NCBI GenBank assembly: GCA_951406725.2
Contig: OX597827.1
Span: 310,001-374,000, forward strand
DNA: 64,000 nucleotides
Direction of reading: 5' to 3'
Source: Octopus vulgaris
Lineage: Eukaryota
Shown: piece by piece, positions 50,932-64,000 of the stretch
How positions within the stretch are numbered: the stretch's first letter is position 1
Layout: each line of letters begins with the position of its first letter
Position numbers and translations under genes: made by a program
Notes under the pieces: model-generated
Seen by the model: only the letters and a program-made list of their open reading frames with translations
Told to the model about the DNA's origin: nothing
The model's database searches: none

Positions 50932-52315
50932 CAACAACCACCACCACCAAGCACCAACCACCACCAACCACCAATCACCACCACCAACCACCAATCACCA
51001 CCACCACCACCACCACCACCACCACCACCACCACCACCACCACCACCACCACCACAACCACCAACCAACCACCACCACCACCAACCAACCAACCACCAAC
51101 CACCACCACCACCAACCACTAACCACCAATAACCACCACCACCACCACCAAGCACCAACCACCAACCACCACCAACCACCAATCACCACCACCACCACCA
51201 CCACCACCACCACCAACCACCAACCACTAACCACCACCAACCACCACCACCACCAACCACAACACCACCAACCACCACCACCACCACCACCACCACCACC
51301 AACAACCACCAACAACCACCACCACCACCACCAACCAACCAACCATCAACCACCACCACCACCACCACCACCAACCACTAACTACCAATAACCACCACCA
51401 CCACCACCACCACCAAGCACCAACCACCCAACCACCACCACCACCACCACCAACCAACAACCACTAACCACCACCAACCACCACCAACCACCACCACCAC
51501 CTTCACCAACCACTAACAACCACCACCACCACCAACCACCAACCACCACCACCACCAACCACCACCACCACCACCACCACCACCAACCACTAACCACCAC
51601 CACCACCACCAACAACCACCACCACCACCAACCACTAACCACCACCAACCACCACCACCACCACCACCACCACCAACCACCACCACCACCACCACCACCA
51701 CCACCACCACCACCACCACCACCACCACCAACCACCAACAACCACCACCACCAACCACTACCACCACCACCAACCACCAACAACCACCACCACCACCAAC
51801 CACTAACCACCACCAACCACCACCACCACCACCACCAACCACCAACTACCACCACCACCACCAACCACTAACCACCACCACCACCACCACCACCACCACC
51901 ACCAACCACCAACCACCACCACCACCACCAACCAACCAACCATCAACCACCACCACCACCACCACCACCAACCACTAACTACCAATAACCACCACCACCA
52001 CCACCACCACCAACAACAACATCAACATCAGCAGCAACACCATCAACATCAGCAGCAACACCATCAACCACCAACCACCACCACCACCACCTTCACCAAC
52101 CACTAACAAACACCACCACCACCAACCACCAACTACCACCACCACCACCAACCACTAACCACCACCAACCACCACCACCACCACCACCACCACCAACCAC
52201 CAACAACCACCACCACCAACCACTACCACCACCACCAACCACCAACAACCACCAACCAACCACCCAACCACCACCACCACTAACCACCACCACCAACAAC
52301 AACAACAACAACACT
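50438..52315. repeat. Compound (CAC)n/(CAA)n simple repeat, about 1.9 kb
   Basis: Almost G-free plus strand with recurring caccaatcacc, caagcaccaa and caaccactaacc subunits. Confidence 0.97.
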
Positions 52316-52376
52316 ACTTGTAAGAACAACACCAGAGCCAAAGATACTTCAGCAACAATATTAACAACATGAATAA

Positions 52377-52560
52377 CAGCATCAGCAGCAACACCATCAA
52401 CATCAGCAGCAACACCATCAACATCAGCAGCAACACCATCAACATCAGCAGCAACACCATCAACATCAGCAGCAACACCATCAACATCAGCAGCAACACC
52501 ATCAACATCAGCAGCAACACCATCAACATCAGCAGCAACACCATCAACATCAGCAGCAAC
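52377..52560. repeat. 21-bp minisatellite, about 8-9 copies
   Basis: Unit cagcagcaacaccatcaacat; two more copies at about 52020-52066. Confidence 0.95.
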
Positions 52561-53320
52561 CTAACAAAATTTACAAAACCAACAACTACAACAAAAATCA
52601 AGACCCCAAAACAACAACAACCATAGCAACAAGTACAAATGCAACATTATCTACAAAAATAGGCAATAGTTATAGTAATAGCAGTAGTAGTAATAGTAGT
52701 AGTAGTGGTAGCAGCAGTAGTAGTAGTAGTATTTGTATTAATAGTAGTAACAATAGTTGTAGTAAGAGTTGTAGGGATATTAACAGTAGTAGTAGTAGTA
52801 GTAGCAGCAGCAGCAGCAGCAAACATAACTACTAAAAAATAAAATAAAAATTAATTGAATTGACCAAAAAGTCATTAATTAGAAGCTGAAATTATGTAAA
52901 TCATCTTAGTTTTTTTGTGTTTTTGTTTATTCACACACACGCACACACATACAAATACACACGCACACACACATACAAATACACACGCACACACACATAC
53001 AAATACACATGAATTTATTTTATAATTTTCTCCCCTTTATTTTATATATTTTGTATATTTTGTTTTTCTAGTTCTTTTCCTCTTGCCATATTTTATGCTT
53101 TGAAAAATTATTTTCAAATATATTTATTGGTTATTACAAATTTTAATTAATGTTTAAAACATGTATATGTATGTTTAAAGCGTGTATATAATATGTGTGT
53201 GTTTAAGAGAGAAAGAGAGGTGCATACACACACATGAATAATGTATGTTTTGTGTATACTTATATATTTGTTTGTATGTATATCTGCATAGTTCTTTTTT
53301 TATAAGAATGTGCGTGTATA

Positions 53321-53359
<39 letters not shown>

Positions 53360-54893
53360 TTTGTGTGGCTTTGTGTGTGCATACGCATATATCTACATGT
53401 ATATATATTTGTGCAGTGTGCATATGTGTGAGACAATTTCAAAATGAATGAAAATATATATATATAATTCAAACACAAATCATAAGTGGATTTTATACAG
53501 TACTTAGGATACAGAAGTGGCTACTTAAGTTTCTTGGAGATGCATACCAACAATACTTTATGAGAGTACATTTTTTTGTACTTCAATAAATTATCAGTCT
53601 GAGAAGCAACATGCACTAACAAATTGTAGACTCCTACACATGGATTTATGCTAGATTCAAATGAATGCTTAAATCACAAAATTTATGGCTAACACTATAA
53701 AGTTAAGTGCGTTACACATTTAATTAGTATTATCATGGGTGCGTAACATATTGGTTACTCAGTTAAAAAAGCATAATCATTTTTTCTGACAAATGCTGCA
53801 AAAAGCTTTTAATTGAGAAAGAGGAGGATGCAACGAGTTGTATGCATTGGAAAGCTCTGTCTTTTGATACTGAGATGGTAAATTCTGCTGCTCTGTTTTG
53901 TGATAACTTCTCAGTTAATGCAGTGCTTCTCCGTATGATGATTTCTTGAGGTAGCCAAAATCTGGATTCTTCTTAGGTGCAATTGGAATGCATTTTTATG
54001 TATTGCTACCCATCATCTTCTCATCCCACACCCATTACTATTTTCCTTAAATTCCTCCACACTGAGATTTACCATTACCCATGCTTCCACATGTGTTCGC
54101 CATTCACTGCACTTACCTCTCTCCTCAACTCTTTTCACGAACCTACCTTGATTCTCTGTCCTTATTCTCTCTTTATCCAGCTTCTTGTACCTCATCTCTA
54201 CTGTCTTTTCTCCTATTCCAACCAGGGTAGCTATATGTCTCTGCCACTGTAAGACACTTGTTCCCATCCTTCTATCATAATTTAGTCTCCCACACCTGAT
54301 ACAAAGCCACCTCCCTCAATACTCTTCCCCCACTCTAGAAGTTTAGTCTTGTGAGTTTCTCCTCTCCTAGCATAAGGCTTCTCCCTTGGGGTTCATACTC
54401 CTACAAACTGCATGGTGACCTCACTTGTGCTGGTGCCATGAAAAAAAAGCACCAAGTACACTTTGTAAAGGGGTTAGGGTTAGGAAGGCATCCAGCCATA
54501 GAAATCATGCCAAAAACAGACAATTGGAGCTCAACACAGTCCTCTGGCTTGTCAGATCCTCTCAAACTGTCCAACCCATGACAGCATGGAACATGGAAAT
54601 TAAATGATGATGACGACATGATTTGAATATAATTATGTTTAGCTTTGTGCCATTTTCATATGTTATTTGTCAGCTGAAGTAAATAAAAGATGAATATATT
54701 AACAATAATGACAAAAAAAAAACCCCAGAAAGAAAAGGAACCAACAAGTAATCCTTCTATTTTACCCCTAATGTGATCCATGGAATCTTTAAACCTAATG
54801 CAAGGGCCAAAATGGACCAAATCATATGAAACCAGCAAAAAGAAAAAAAAGAAAAACGAAAAAAACTGGACCAAATAGACTTTTTTGCATAAT

Positions 54894-54931
<38 letters not shown>

Positions 54932-54932
54932 T

Positions 54933-55067
<135 letters not shown>

Positions 55068-56249
55068 ATATATACAAATGCACACATAAATATGTTCTTT
55101 CAAGTATTTATTAGAAAAGTTGCTTTAGTTATTTTGTCATTCTTAGATTTAATATATATATATATAAACACACACACACACACACACATATACATACTTA
55201 TATGTGTGTATGTAAAAATATACACAACCTCTTCCACACACACACACACACACATTCCCACAGATTGTCTAGAGTCTCCAGCCCCATGATGGAGATGTAC
55301 ATTGAACACAAATTAGTAATAAATTTTGAATATCTGAATGTTACCATTACACTGGAACTGTCTGTGAACCATATTTAAACTACTATACTATGTATGTGAG
55401 TGTGTTGTGTCAGCTTTATTGTATGGCAAATGTGTTGAACTGTTGAACTTTAGAGATCTGACTGTTTTAAACCAAAAATGAAGGAGCAAATCTATGTAAA
55501 GTAAACTACACTTAAGCAAAAGTAAACCAAACCAGAACAAACCATATCAAGCTAAACCAAACCAAACCAAACCAGTCCAAATGAAGCCAAATTGAAATGG
55601 AACCAAAACAAACCGTATCAAACTACAGCAATCTAAATCAAACTACATCAAACTAGACCAAATCAAGCCAAATTGAAGCCAAACCAAAGCAAGCCCAACC
55701 CAAATTATTTTCTGGTGATTAAAATAACTCATTTCTTTTTGTCCCTGAAGTGAAAATAAAAATAATAAAAAAAAAAACAATAAATGAACAAAAAAAAAAT
55801 CAACAAACTACACACGGTTCTAATAAAAATTGATTGTTTTCTGACATCAGGCATTTAAAAATTTTCGATTTTACTTATTTGCATTTTTTTTTTTTAAAAT
55901 TGTTTATATTTATGCTTGTCTCAGAGGTCAGAAATGTTAGAGTTTCAAACAAGATGGTTTGTGGTATTTACCATATTTGATGGCATAAAAGATGCATGAG
56001 CTCATTAAGTGTTGCCCAATTTCAGGAGAACATATTCAAGAAAAATGTTTTTAACACATTAACCCTTTTGTTACCATATTTCTGTCAAAATATGCTGCCT
56101 TTGTTTCAGCTAGTTCTTAAAATAATGAAGAATTTAGTAAAATACCTTTCTCATTATTAAACTGGGGTCTGGAACAAATTAGCGTAAAGTTTTGATGGAA
56201 GATTATAATTTAGACCTCTTTAAAACTGTAGGTTGCAATAATATTTAAC

Positions 56250-56403
56250 CGTTTAGTATTCAGATTACTCAGAAGTGGCTGTGTGGTAAGTAGTTCCAGG
56301 TTCAGTCCCACTGCGTGGTACCTTGGACAAGTGTCTTCTACTATAGCCTCGGGCCAACCAAAGCCTTGTGAGTGGATTTGGTAGATGGAAACTGAAAGAA
56401 GCC

Positions 56404-56446
<43 letters not shown>

Positions 56447-56655
56447 TAAATTAGAGATAAGCCAATACATATGATTAATTTATATTATTTAAATGATATA
56501 AATTAATCATATGTATTGGCTTAAGTCTTTCATTGTTTGATTTGCCTAATAGTGGTTTTGTCTCTAATTTAATATAATATAATATTTTACTATAAAATTG
56601 GATTCAATCCTAAATCTGATTTTTCCCTGTAAGTTTGGATTTATTCCCTAATATT

Positions 56656-56715
<60 letters not shown>

Positions 56716-56936
56716 GTATGTGTTTGGCATATGTTTGTGTGTCTGTGTTTGTCCCCCCAACATCGCTTGACAACCGATGCCGGTGTGTTTATGTCCCCGT
56801 AACTTAGCAGTTTGGCAAAAGAGATTGATAGAATAAGTACTAGGCGTACAAAGAATAAGTCCTGGGGTTGATTTGCTAGACTAAAAGTGGTGCTCCAGCA
56901 TGGCCACAGTCAAATGACTGAAACAAGTAAAAGACT

Positions 56937-57003
<67 letters not shown>

Positions 57004-57195
57004 AGTCTAATGATTATTTATTCAAATTGTCTTGAATTAAGAATACATTATCTCATAACTTTGAGACTTCAATGATGTGATTGTTTCTTTTACTATGACA
57101 TTGTAGACTAGGTGTGAAATGTTGGATCTGGCCAATTTAAATATAAAAGACACAGAATATTTTGGCCAGATATGGTTGGTTTGAATACTATAGGG
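56250..57195 (+). mobile_element. piggyBac-type MITE interrupted by a SINE (about 56271-57000), which is itself interrupted by a hairpin insert (56441-56660)
   Basis: TTAA|ccgtttagtattcagattactc ... ggtttgaatactataggg|TAA. SINE head agtggctgtgtggtaag, tail ccagcatggccacagtcaaatgactgaaac then (GA)n. Inner hairpin taagccaatacatatgattaatttat...ataaattaatcatatgtattggctta. Confidence 0.75.
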
Positions 57196-59129
57196 TAATG
57201 GCAATTTTGCATGCAGGATCTTTTTGAGATATTTTTTCTGGAAAAAAGTGCATCTTTTATATGCCATCAAATATGGTAGTTACAATCCTTTTCATACTGG
57301 TTTCAAATCCCACCAAGGTCCACTTTGTCTGTGATCCTTCCAGGGTTGATAAAATAAACACCAGTTAAGTAGAGTCAATTTAAAGAAATATATAACTGAT
57401 GTACTAATGAAAGAAATCCTAATTTACATCTAACTTTTTAATTGGTTTGGTCATCAAACTAGTTGTTTTTAATTAAGGTACAAGACCAACAATTTTGAGG
57501 CAAGAGGGTTAATCAATACCGTCAACCTAGTACTTGTTTTAGTACCTTATTTGATCAACTCACAAAAGGATGTAAAGTGAAGTTGACTTTAGCATGATTT
57601 GACTTGATTCTGACCCCAAAAGTAAAGAAATTGAAGAAATACGCTAGGCATTTTCCACCAACACTTAATTGATTTTGACAATTAACCACCTTTCCAGAAA
57701 TAGTAATTAAAATCACTTTTTGATTATCTGATAACCCCCCCCCCCCTCAAGTGCTGAAATCACTTCAGTATAGCTGCCTTGAATATGTTATTGATCAATG
57801 CTATTGCAGAGACAGTAACTTAACCACTTCTGCTGTGCCTGGGCTGTTTCCAGAAGGAAGTGCCTAGCCTCACCTACACTAATCATCTCTCCACTCATAG
57901 ATATACCACAAAAGTCAAGACATTCATAGCATCTATGGAGGTGCAGAGGGTGCCAGATATTGGTTAAGTATAACTGTACATATTTGTCTTAGGGCCCATT
58001 CTTTCAGATTTTCTGTAAGGGTTTAAATAGCCTAAAAATGCATCCTTCTTATATCATAGCCAAACCATTTCATTCTGTTCCTTCTGATTCCCTCATAATG
58101 GTAAATTTATGTGGGAGAATTTTTTTAATGGAAGTATTTCTATGTTTCATAACCAATGGCCCTTGTCATGTGTTATAAACAGTTTCAAATAGCTATACCC
58201 CAAAGTATATACCTAGAGAAGCATTTTGTTTTATGGAAGGCCACCAATGTCATTGATCACGAGTTCATGTCTAGCCTGCTCCACTTCTCTTTGTTACTGA
58301 TGTTGTTTAAGAGGAAGGCAAGGCTAATATAGTTTGTCAGGAGGTCAAGCCAAAGCAGAAACTGCAAAGTATCTTTCCATCACCATCTGATACTAACAAT
58401 TCCACCAGTCCACCACTCTGGAATGGTACTCATTTGATAATCTTAGTATAGATCATAAAATAACTGCGTTTCAAAATATTTCCCAAACCCTAGGCCTTGT
58501 AGTAAGAAGAAGACCTCCATTACTCGTATGTTACATTCGCAACAGCACAAAGCATGACATCCAATTAAAGAGAGTGTCTCACTGGCAAGAGACAAAATCA
58601 GAGGCATCAGAAGACGGAACAACTAAATCAAGTTAAAAAATGTTGCATTAATTGTATTTCATTACAGCTGTTTCTGAGATAGGCGATTACCTGCATTAAT
58701 TGTATATGCATCACTTCTCCTAGTGGATAGAAGCATATTTATCTTTAGTTTAGAGTTGAACATACTATGAACATATCAAGGATTATAATTCATCTTGATG
58801 ATGAGTGGGTCAAATGAATCAAAAACATGTTGATATAAATACTGTGAGACAAAATTAAATTTAGATGCAGGCATTTGGTTGGGAAATGACAATTTATTTT
58901 TAATTTTGTAATTTAATTCAAAATGTAAAGAGGTTTTTCAGAGCAATTACATTATTTATATTTGTATTTTAACCTGTCATCTTGTTAAATGCCACTAACT
59001 GGCCTATGGGTAACTTTTGTAGAGTCTACTCTGTTGTAAGTGTTTATACCAGGGTACTGATCTGAGGCTAACTTCCTCTGTCAGTGTCTGCTGCATGTGC
59101 TGACAAAGCTCTTTCTGCTTCACTCTAAA

Positions 59130-59990
59130 TCAAGGGTTTGGTTCTACCCTTTACTCTCTTTTATACATCAATGATCTTCTTGCTACTATATTCAACAACA
59201 CCTACTCTTATAATTCTTCAATCCTCCCTAACCATGCATTGTCCATATGCAACCTAGACACCATACACCAAACCTGTGTTGATTCCACAAACATAAACCT
59301 TGAGAACATCCACCTTTGTGGCTATGACAACCATATCTCTTTTGACTATGAAAAATTTCATGCACTACTTATATGAAAACACTATTGCATCACACCTGCT
59401 CTACACACTCAGCTAGAGCCCTCACAATCACTCCAAATGTTGAGCCTTACTCTCAAGGATCTCTCCTGGAGAGAAAACACCCTCAGCAAGGCTAGGACTG
59501 CATCCCAGAGACTAGCCCTTCTCTTTAGGACCAGAAGATTTTTCAACCCCCAACAGCTGCTGACACTCTATAAGGCCTAAACACGGTCTACAGGAGAGTG
59601 CTATTCCCACATTTGGGCAGGTGCTGAAGTTACACATTCTGACATCCTAGATTTAGTGCTCAAAACTACTGAAGTGCAACTAGAGCTTTTCTTTCAAGTG
59701 CTTCTTTTCTCCTTGGAGTTGGTTGGTTTTGAACCTCCATAGCTCAGGCATCCTTGATGCACTCATCTCCCCACTTTTCATCAACGTTGGTGTATCAACC
59801 TCCTTTCTCTGCACTAGCAACTATTTTAAATCCTTTCACAAAACATAGGCCCTCTGGAATCTCCTCCTTGCTCACGTCTTTCTTGTAGGTGTTTTAAAGA
59901 ACCATCAATCTCACTCATTGTAAAAGGTCTGCGAGAGGGTGAGGGTCATAGTCTGTGTACATTTTCCCAAACTCAGCAAGTAATAAAAAA
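59130..59990 (+). mobile_element. Highly decayed LINE RT fragment (Jockey/I-group-like)
   Basis: caagggtttggttctacccttt...tttatacatcaatgatctt (QG..L.P.LF.LYINDL) and ctgctgacactctataaggcc...tattcccacatttgggcaggtgct (LLTLYKA...YSHIWAGA); A-rich end near 59985. Confidence 0.6.
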
Positions 59991-60177
59991 GAAAGAAAGG
60001 ATGCTGCTCTCTGCAGACATTCATATCATTTCCAATGACATCGTAATCTTGTAATACAAAATAGAATCAATAGAAATGTAAATATACATGAAAAAAAAAA
60101 AGTCTTCCTTAAAAGCTTGTCTAATTAAATGTACAACCATTTACAGGATAACATTGGTGAGTACATCTTTGATTTAT

Positions 60178-60602
60178 CTACTTAAAGTGGAGGGAAGATG
60201 TGTAAGAAGGAAACCGAGGAAGACATGGGATGAAGTATTGGAAGCCAATCTCAAAATGCTGGACCTGATGAAGGAGATGAGAGAGGACTGAGATTTGTGG
60301 TGCTGTACTTGAGAGTACCTGCCCACCACAACAGAATTTAGATCCTAACACCAAGGTGCTACATAAAAAATGTTGGTTTGGGTGCTGGTGCCTTGTAAAA
60401 AGCACTGGTGATAATACCACATAAAAAGCACCCAGTACACTCTCTGGAGTGGTTGGCATTAAGAAGGGCATCCAGCTGTATAAATCAAGTCTATGGAACC
60501 TGGTGCAGTCTCTGGTCTTACCAGTTCCTGTCAATCTGTCCAACGCATGCCAGCATGGAAAACAGACATTAAATTATGATGATGATGATGATGATGATGA
60601 TA
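60178..60602 (+). mobile_element. RTE LINE 3' end (C-terminal coding remnant plus tail ending in (GAT)n)
   Basis: LKVEGRCVRRKPRKTWDEVLEANLKMLDL then ggttggcattaagaagggcatccagctgta...gcatggaaaacagacattaaattatgatgatg. Confidence 0.82.
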
Positions 60603-62078
60603 AGTGAACATTTTTATTAGTCTCTTTGAGTCTGTTCTGTTTGCCAGAGAAACTCAGTATAGTTTGTGTAAAGCCACAAAAATGTTTTTTTTTATGTCAC
60701 ACACAAATCTTTGGAAACTTTGGGGAAAGCAATATTGTGCTGCTTTGCATTTTCAAATATCCTCTACCGAGTCCTGGGTCCCCTTGTTCCTATCTACTTC
60801 GTATCTTGAAGGCCCATCCTGATGCCTCACTACTACCATTTTTATATCTTTCCAGCTCGATCTGATCCCTCCCATTCAAAGTAGCTCCTCTTCAACAAGA
60901 AACCTCTTCTGTTCTGATCACCTCTCTCCTACTTTTATCCATCTTTTTCCCACCTCATTTCCTAGCATTAAGTCACCCATTTGAAGTTTGTAGTCTTGCA
61001 AGCTGCGTGACGGCCTCACTTGTGCTGATAGCACAAAAAGGCACCCAAGAAAGTGAGGCAAAATGGAGTGTGGTGCATGATGCAGTTCTGGGACCCATTG
61101 GATCTTGTTGAGCTGTACTATCCAAGCCAAGCCAAGCCAATGGAATATGGATATTCAATAATAATGATGAAGATTATACGAGTGAAGACTAACTGTGTTT
61201 GGTACAAAAAAACAAACAAAACGCCTGCAAGCTTCACTGAATATTGGTCTCCATCCTTTCTAGTCAACATAAGTTGTTCATTCAGTCAACTTTGGGTTGG
61301 ACTGTTTGATTTTTCTCACATTTATCCTTTTCATATTTATTTAAAATTTTGACAAAAGGTTAGCAATTTTGGGGGAAAAGTTTAAGTTGATTCCATTGAC
61401 CTCCACTGATCAAATGGTGCTTATTTTATTGCATTCCCACCTTCGAATTGATGAATGGCAAAGTTGGCTTCATTGGAATTTGAACTCAGAACATAAATGT
61501 CCAATGTGCTAATACTTCTACTAGCTTGCCACCTTAACTTGTTTTTTCTATATTGGTTTCAAATTTTGGCACAAGGTCATCAATATTGGGGTTGATTACA
61601 TTGACCCTACTGATCAACTAGTACCTATCTTATTGCTTCAGACTCAAGCAATCTCTTCAGACTCAAATACACATGGTTGGACTTTTGAAAAATAGGATGC
61701 TAGTCTATGAGAAAGCATAACAAAAAATTGTTAAAATTTACCTGAGTTTAAGTAAGGGTGGAATTAAAGAATGTATACCTTGAATTAGTGTGGTTATACT
61801 TTATAATTTCCATAATTAAAGAAATGTGTAATGAGTTTCTGGAGCATGAGCTGTGCCTGTTTATATGTGTGTATGATGAATGTGTACATCTGTCTACATG
61901 TATATATAATCAATCTGTGTGTGTATGTGTACACACACACACAAATATACATATCAGTAAACGTCCATATATCTAACCAGCTGATGGTATCATCACTATC
62001 TTCATCATTAACATCAACATTATCACTACTGTTGCCTTCACTGCCACCATTTTTTTAGCATTTCTCATTTCTCATCTC

Positions 62079-62132
<54 letters not shown>

Positions 62133-63069
62133 TATGATATTTTTTTTTACAGGAAAGATTTATTATTTTATTAATTGCCAAGAGTAGAGTGCCAAGCTCG
62201 CTTTCAGAAACCCTATGTAATATCACCATCTTTTCAGAATCTTTGACAAATAGCAACCATCTACCAAGTGTGTATGCTTGTGTATGTATGTATGTATGTA
62301 TGGAAGGAGGGGATAAATTGAAATACAAACCAAAAAAAAAAATGAAAGGAGTTTTGCTTATGTTTTGTTAAATTTTGTTGTTTTGCTTCTTATCTTCCCT
62401 TATTCATCATGTTTTTAGGTTTTTTTTTCTGTTTCTATTTTCTTTGGTCTTAACACTGATTTCTACCTTTTATTTCATTGATTATTTTGCCGATGACAGT
62501 ATGCTGCCAGTGTTGATAATAATGGGGGCGAGGCAAGTTAAGAGTGAAGAGTGATAAGATATTTTGCAACCTCCTATATTTTTCCCCACCCCCCATTTCT
62601 CCTGGTTTGCCTTAACCTAAAATGAAAGCTATTAAGACGACGACGGACACAGTTCACTCCTTGTGGTTGACTTTCATAAGATTGTGCTCTCATCAGCTTG
62701 GGAAAACAACACAGTGACTATGACAAACACACCAATACCTATGCTAATATATATATATATATATGTAGGAATGTGTATACATGTGTCTATGTGTATACAT
62801 GCATGCTCGCATACACAAAACATTTTTTTCTCGGGAAACTAATGTAAAATATACATATGCCTGCATGCAGACCCCCTTACACAAACACGCTTAAATACAT
62901 GCAATGTTTGAATCCATGAATGTACACACACACACACAAATATTCATATACATACACATACAAACATGCATATTATTATTTCTAAATGCATCAAACATAT
63001 ACATACCTAAACACAGCCATATATCATTCTGTCTATAACTATCAAGCATATATATATACACTCACACAG

Positions 63070-63146
<77 letters not shown>

Positions 63147-63604
63147 CATACATACATACATATATGTACATAAGCATTATATATATATATATATATATAT
63201 ACATACATACATACATATATGTACATAAGCATAATATATATATATATATATATATATACATACATTAAGCATACATACAAGAATTTGTATTTATATATAA
63301 ATCAACAAAAATTATCTTCAAAAATATAAACTCTAAACGCTAAAATAACAAAAGAAAAATATCCAAGGAAAAACTGTCAGATTTTTGGATATTTTGTCCC
63401 CGGAATAAGCAGTAGGGCCCATCAGAATATATTGAGAGTTCATGCATTATCCATATACATAAGTCTTTAGGCACATCTGTCCATTACACTAATGGTATAG
63501 CTTTGTAATATTTCACTTAGGCTCTTGTTAACATGGCAACTACACACACACACATAAACACATGTATACACTGTGTTTGTGTTTGTATAAGTATATATGC
63601 ATAT

Positions 63605-63652
<48 letters not shown>

Positions 63653-63738
63653 ATATGCATATAAATGTTTATATAAGTACACACACAGAGACATAAACAT
63701 ATGTGTATATACATTTATATATGTATATTCACACCTTC

Positions 63739-63773
<35 letters not shown>

Positions 63774-63827
63774 TGTATTTATATACATATCTATATGCAT
63801 ATGTATGTGTGTGTGTATGTTCATATT

Positions 63828-63859
<32 letters not shown>

Positions 63860-63965
63860 ACTGTTCCAACCATTTACCAATATATGGCTTTCTCTTACTT
63901 CATCCCACTCTTGCGTGTATGTGTGTGTGTGTGAGTGTGTTTTGATATTTTGACCAAGGAGAGAA

Positions 63966-64000
<35 letters not shown>

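Noticed and set aside
50356-52626. Pro/Thr/His-rich and Val/Gly/Trp-rich ORFs resembling mucin or extensin
   Set aside because: Frame is not maintained across the CAC/CAA array and all frames give low-complexity peptides; no signal peptide or splice context.

Overview
AT-rich, microsatellite-dense eukaryotic genomic DNA whose repeat content is most consistent with an octopus (coleoid cephalopod); the species call is inference from repeat and gene style, not a database result. Only one credible host coding region is present: a long C2H2 zinc-finger exon (about 20357/20477-22438, +) whose ten canonical fingers carry almost the same recognition helix (Q-K/R-A-N-L-x-N). The rest is a nested mosaic of mobile DNA: a near full-length but dead CR1-group LINE (-, about 12910-17500) whose ORF1 appears to combine a Myb/SANT-like trihelix motif and a CCCH zinc finger, RTE and Dong/R4-like LINE fragments, a mariner remnant, piggyBac-type and GG-ended MITEs, a non-autonomous Helitron, several tRNA-derived SINE families and large simple repeats. 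The most striking unexplained structure is a set of short non-coding inserts, mostly inside (TA)n tracts and several folded as long inverted repeats, that carry hammerhead-ribozyme cores (CTGANGA / stem II / GAAA / palindromic stem III). These include a G3:C8-swapped variant and most likely are termini of Penelope-like retroelements. Nearly all other ORFs in the supplied track are simple-repeat or antisense artefacts. Element boundaries were set by eye and are approximate unless a TSD or terminus is quoted.
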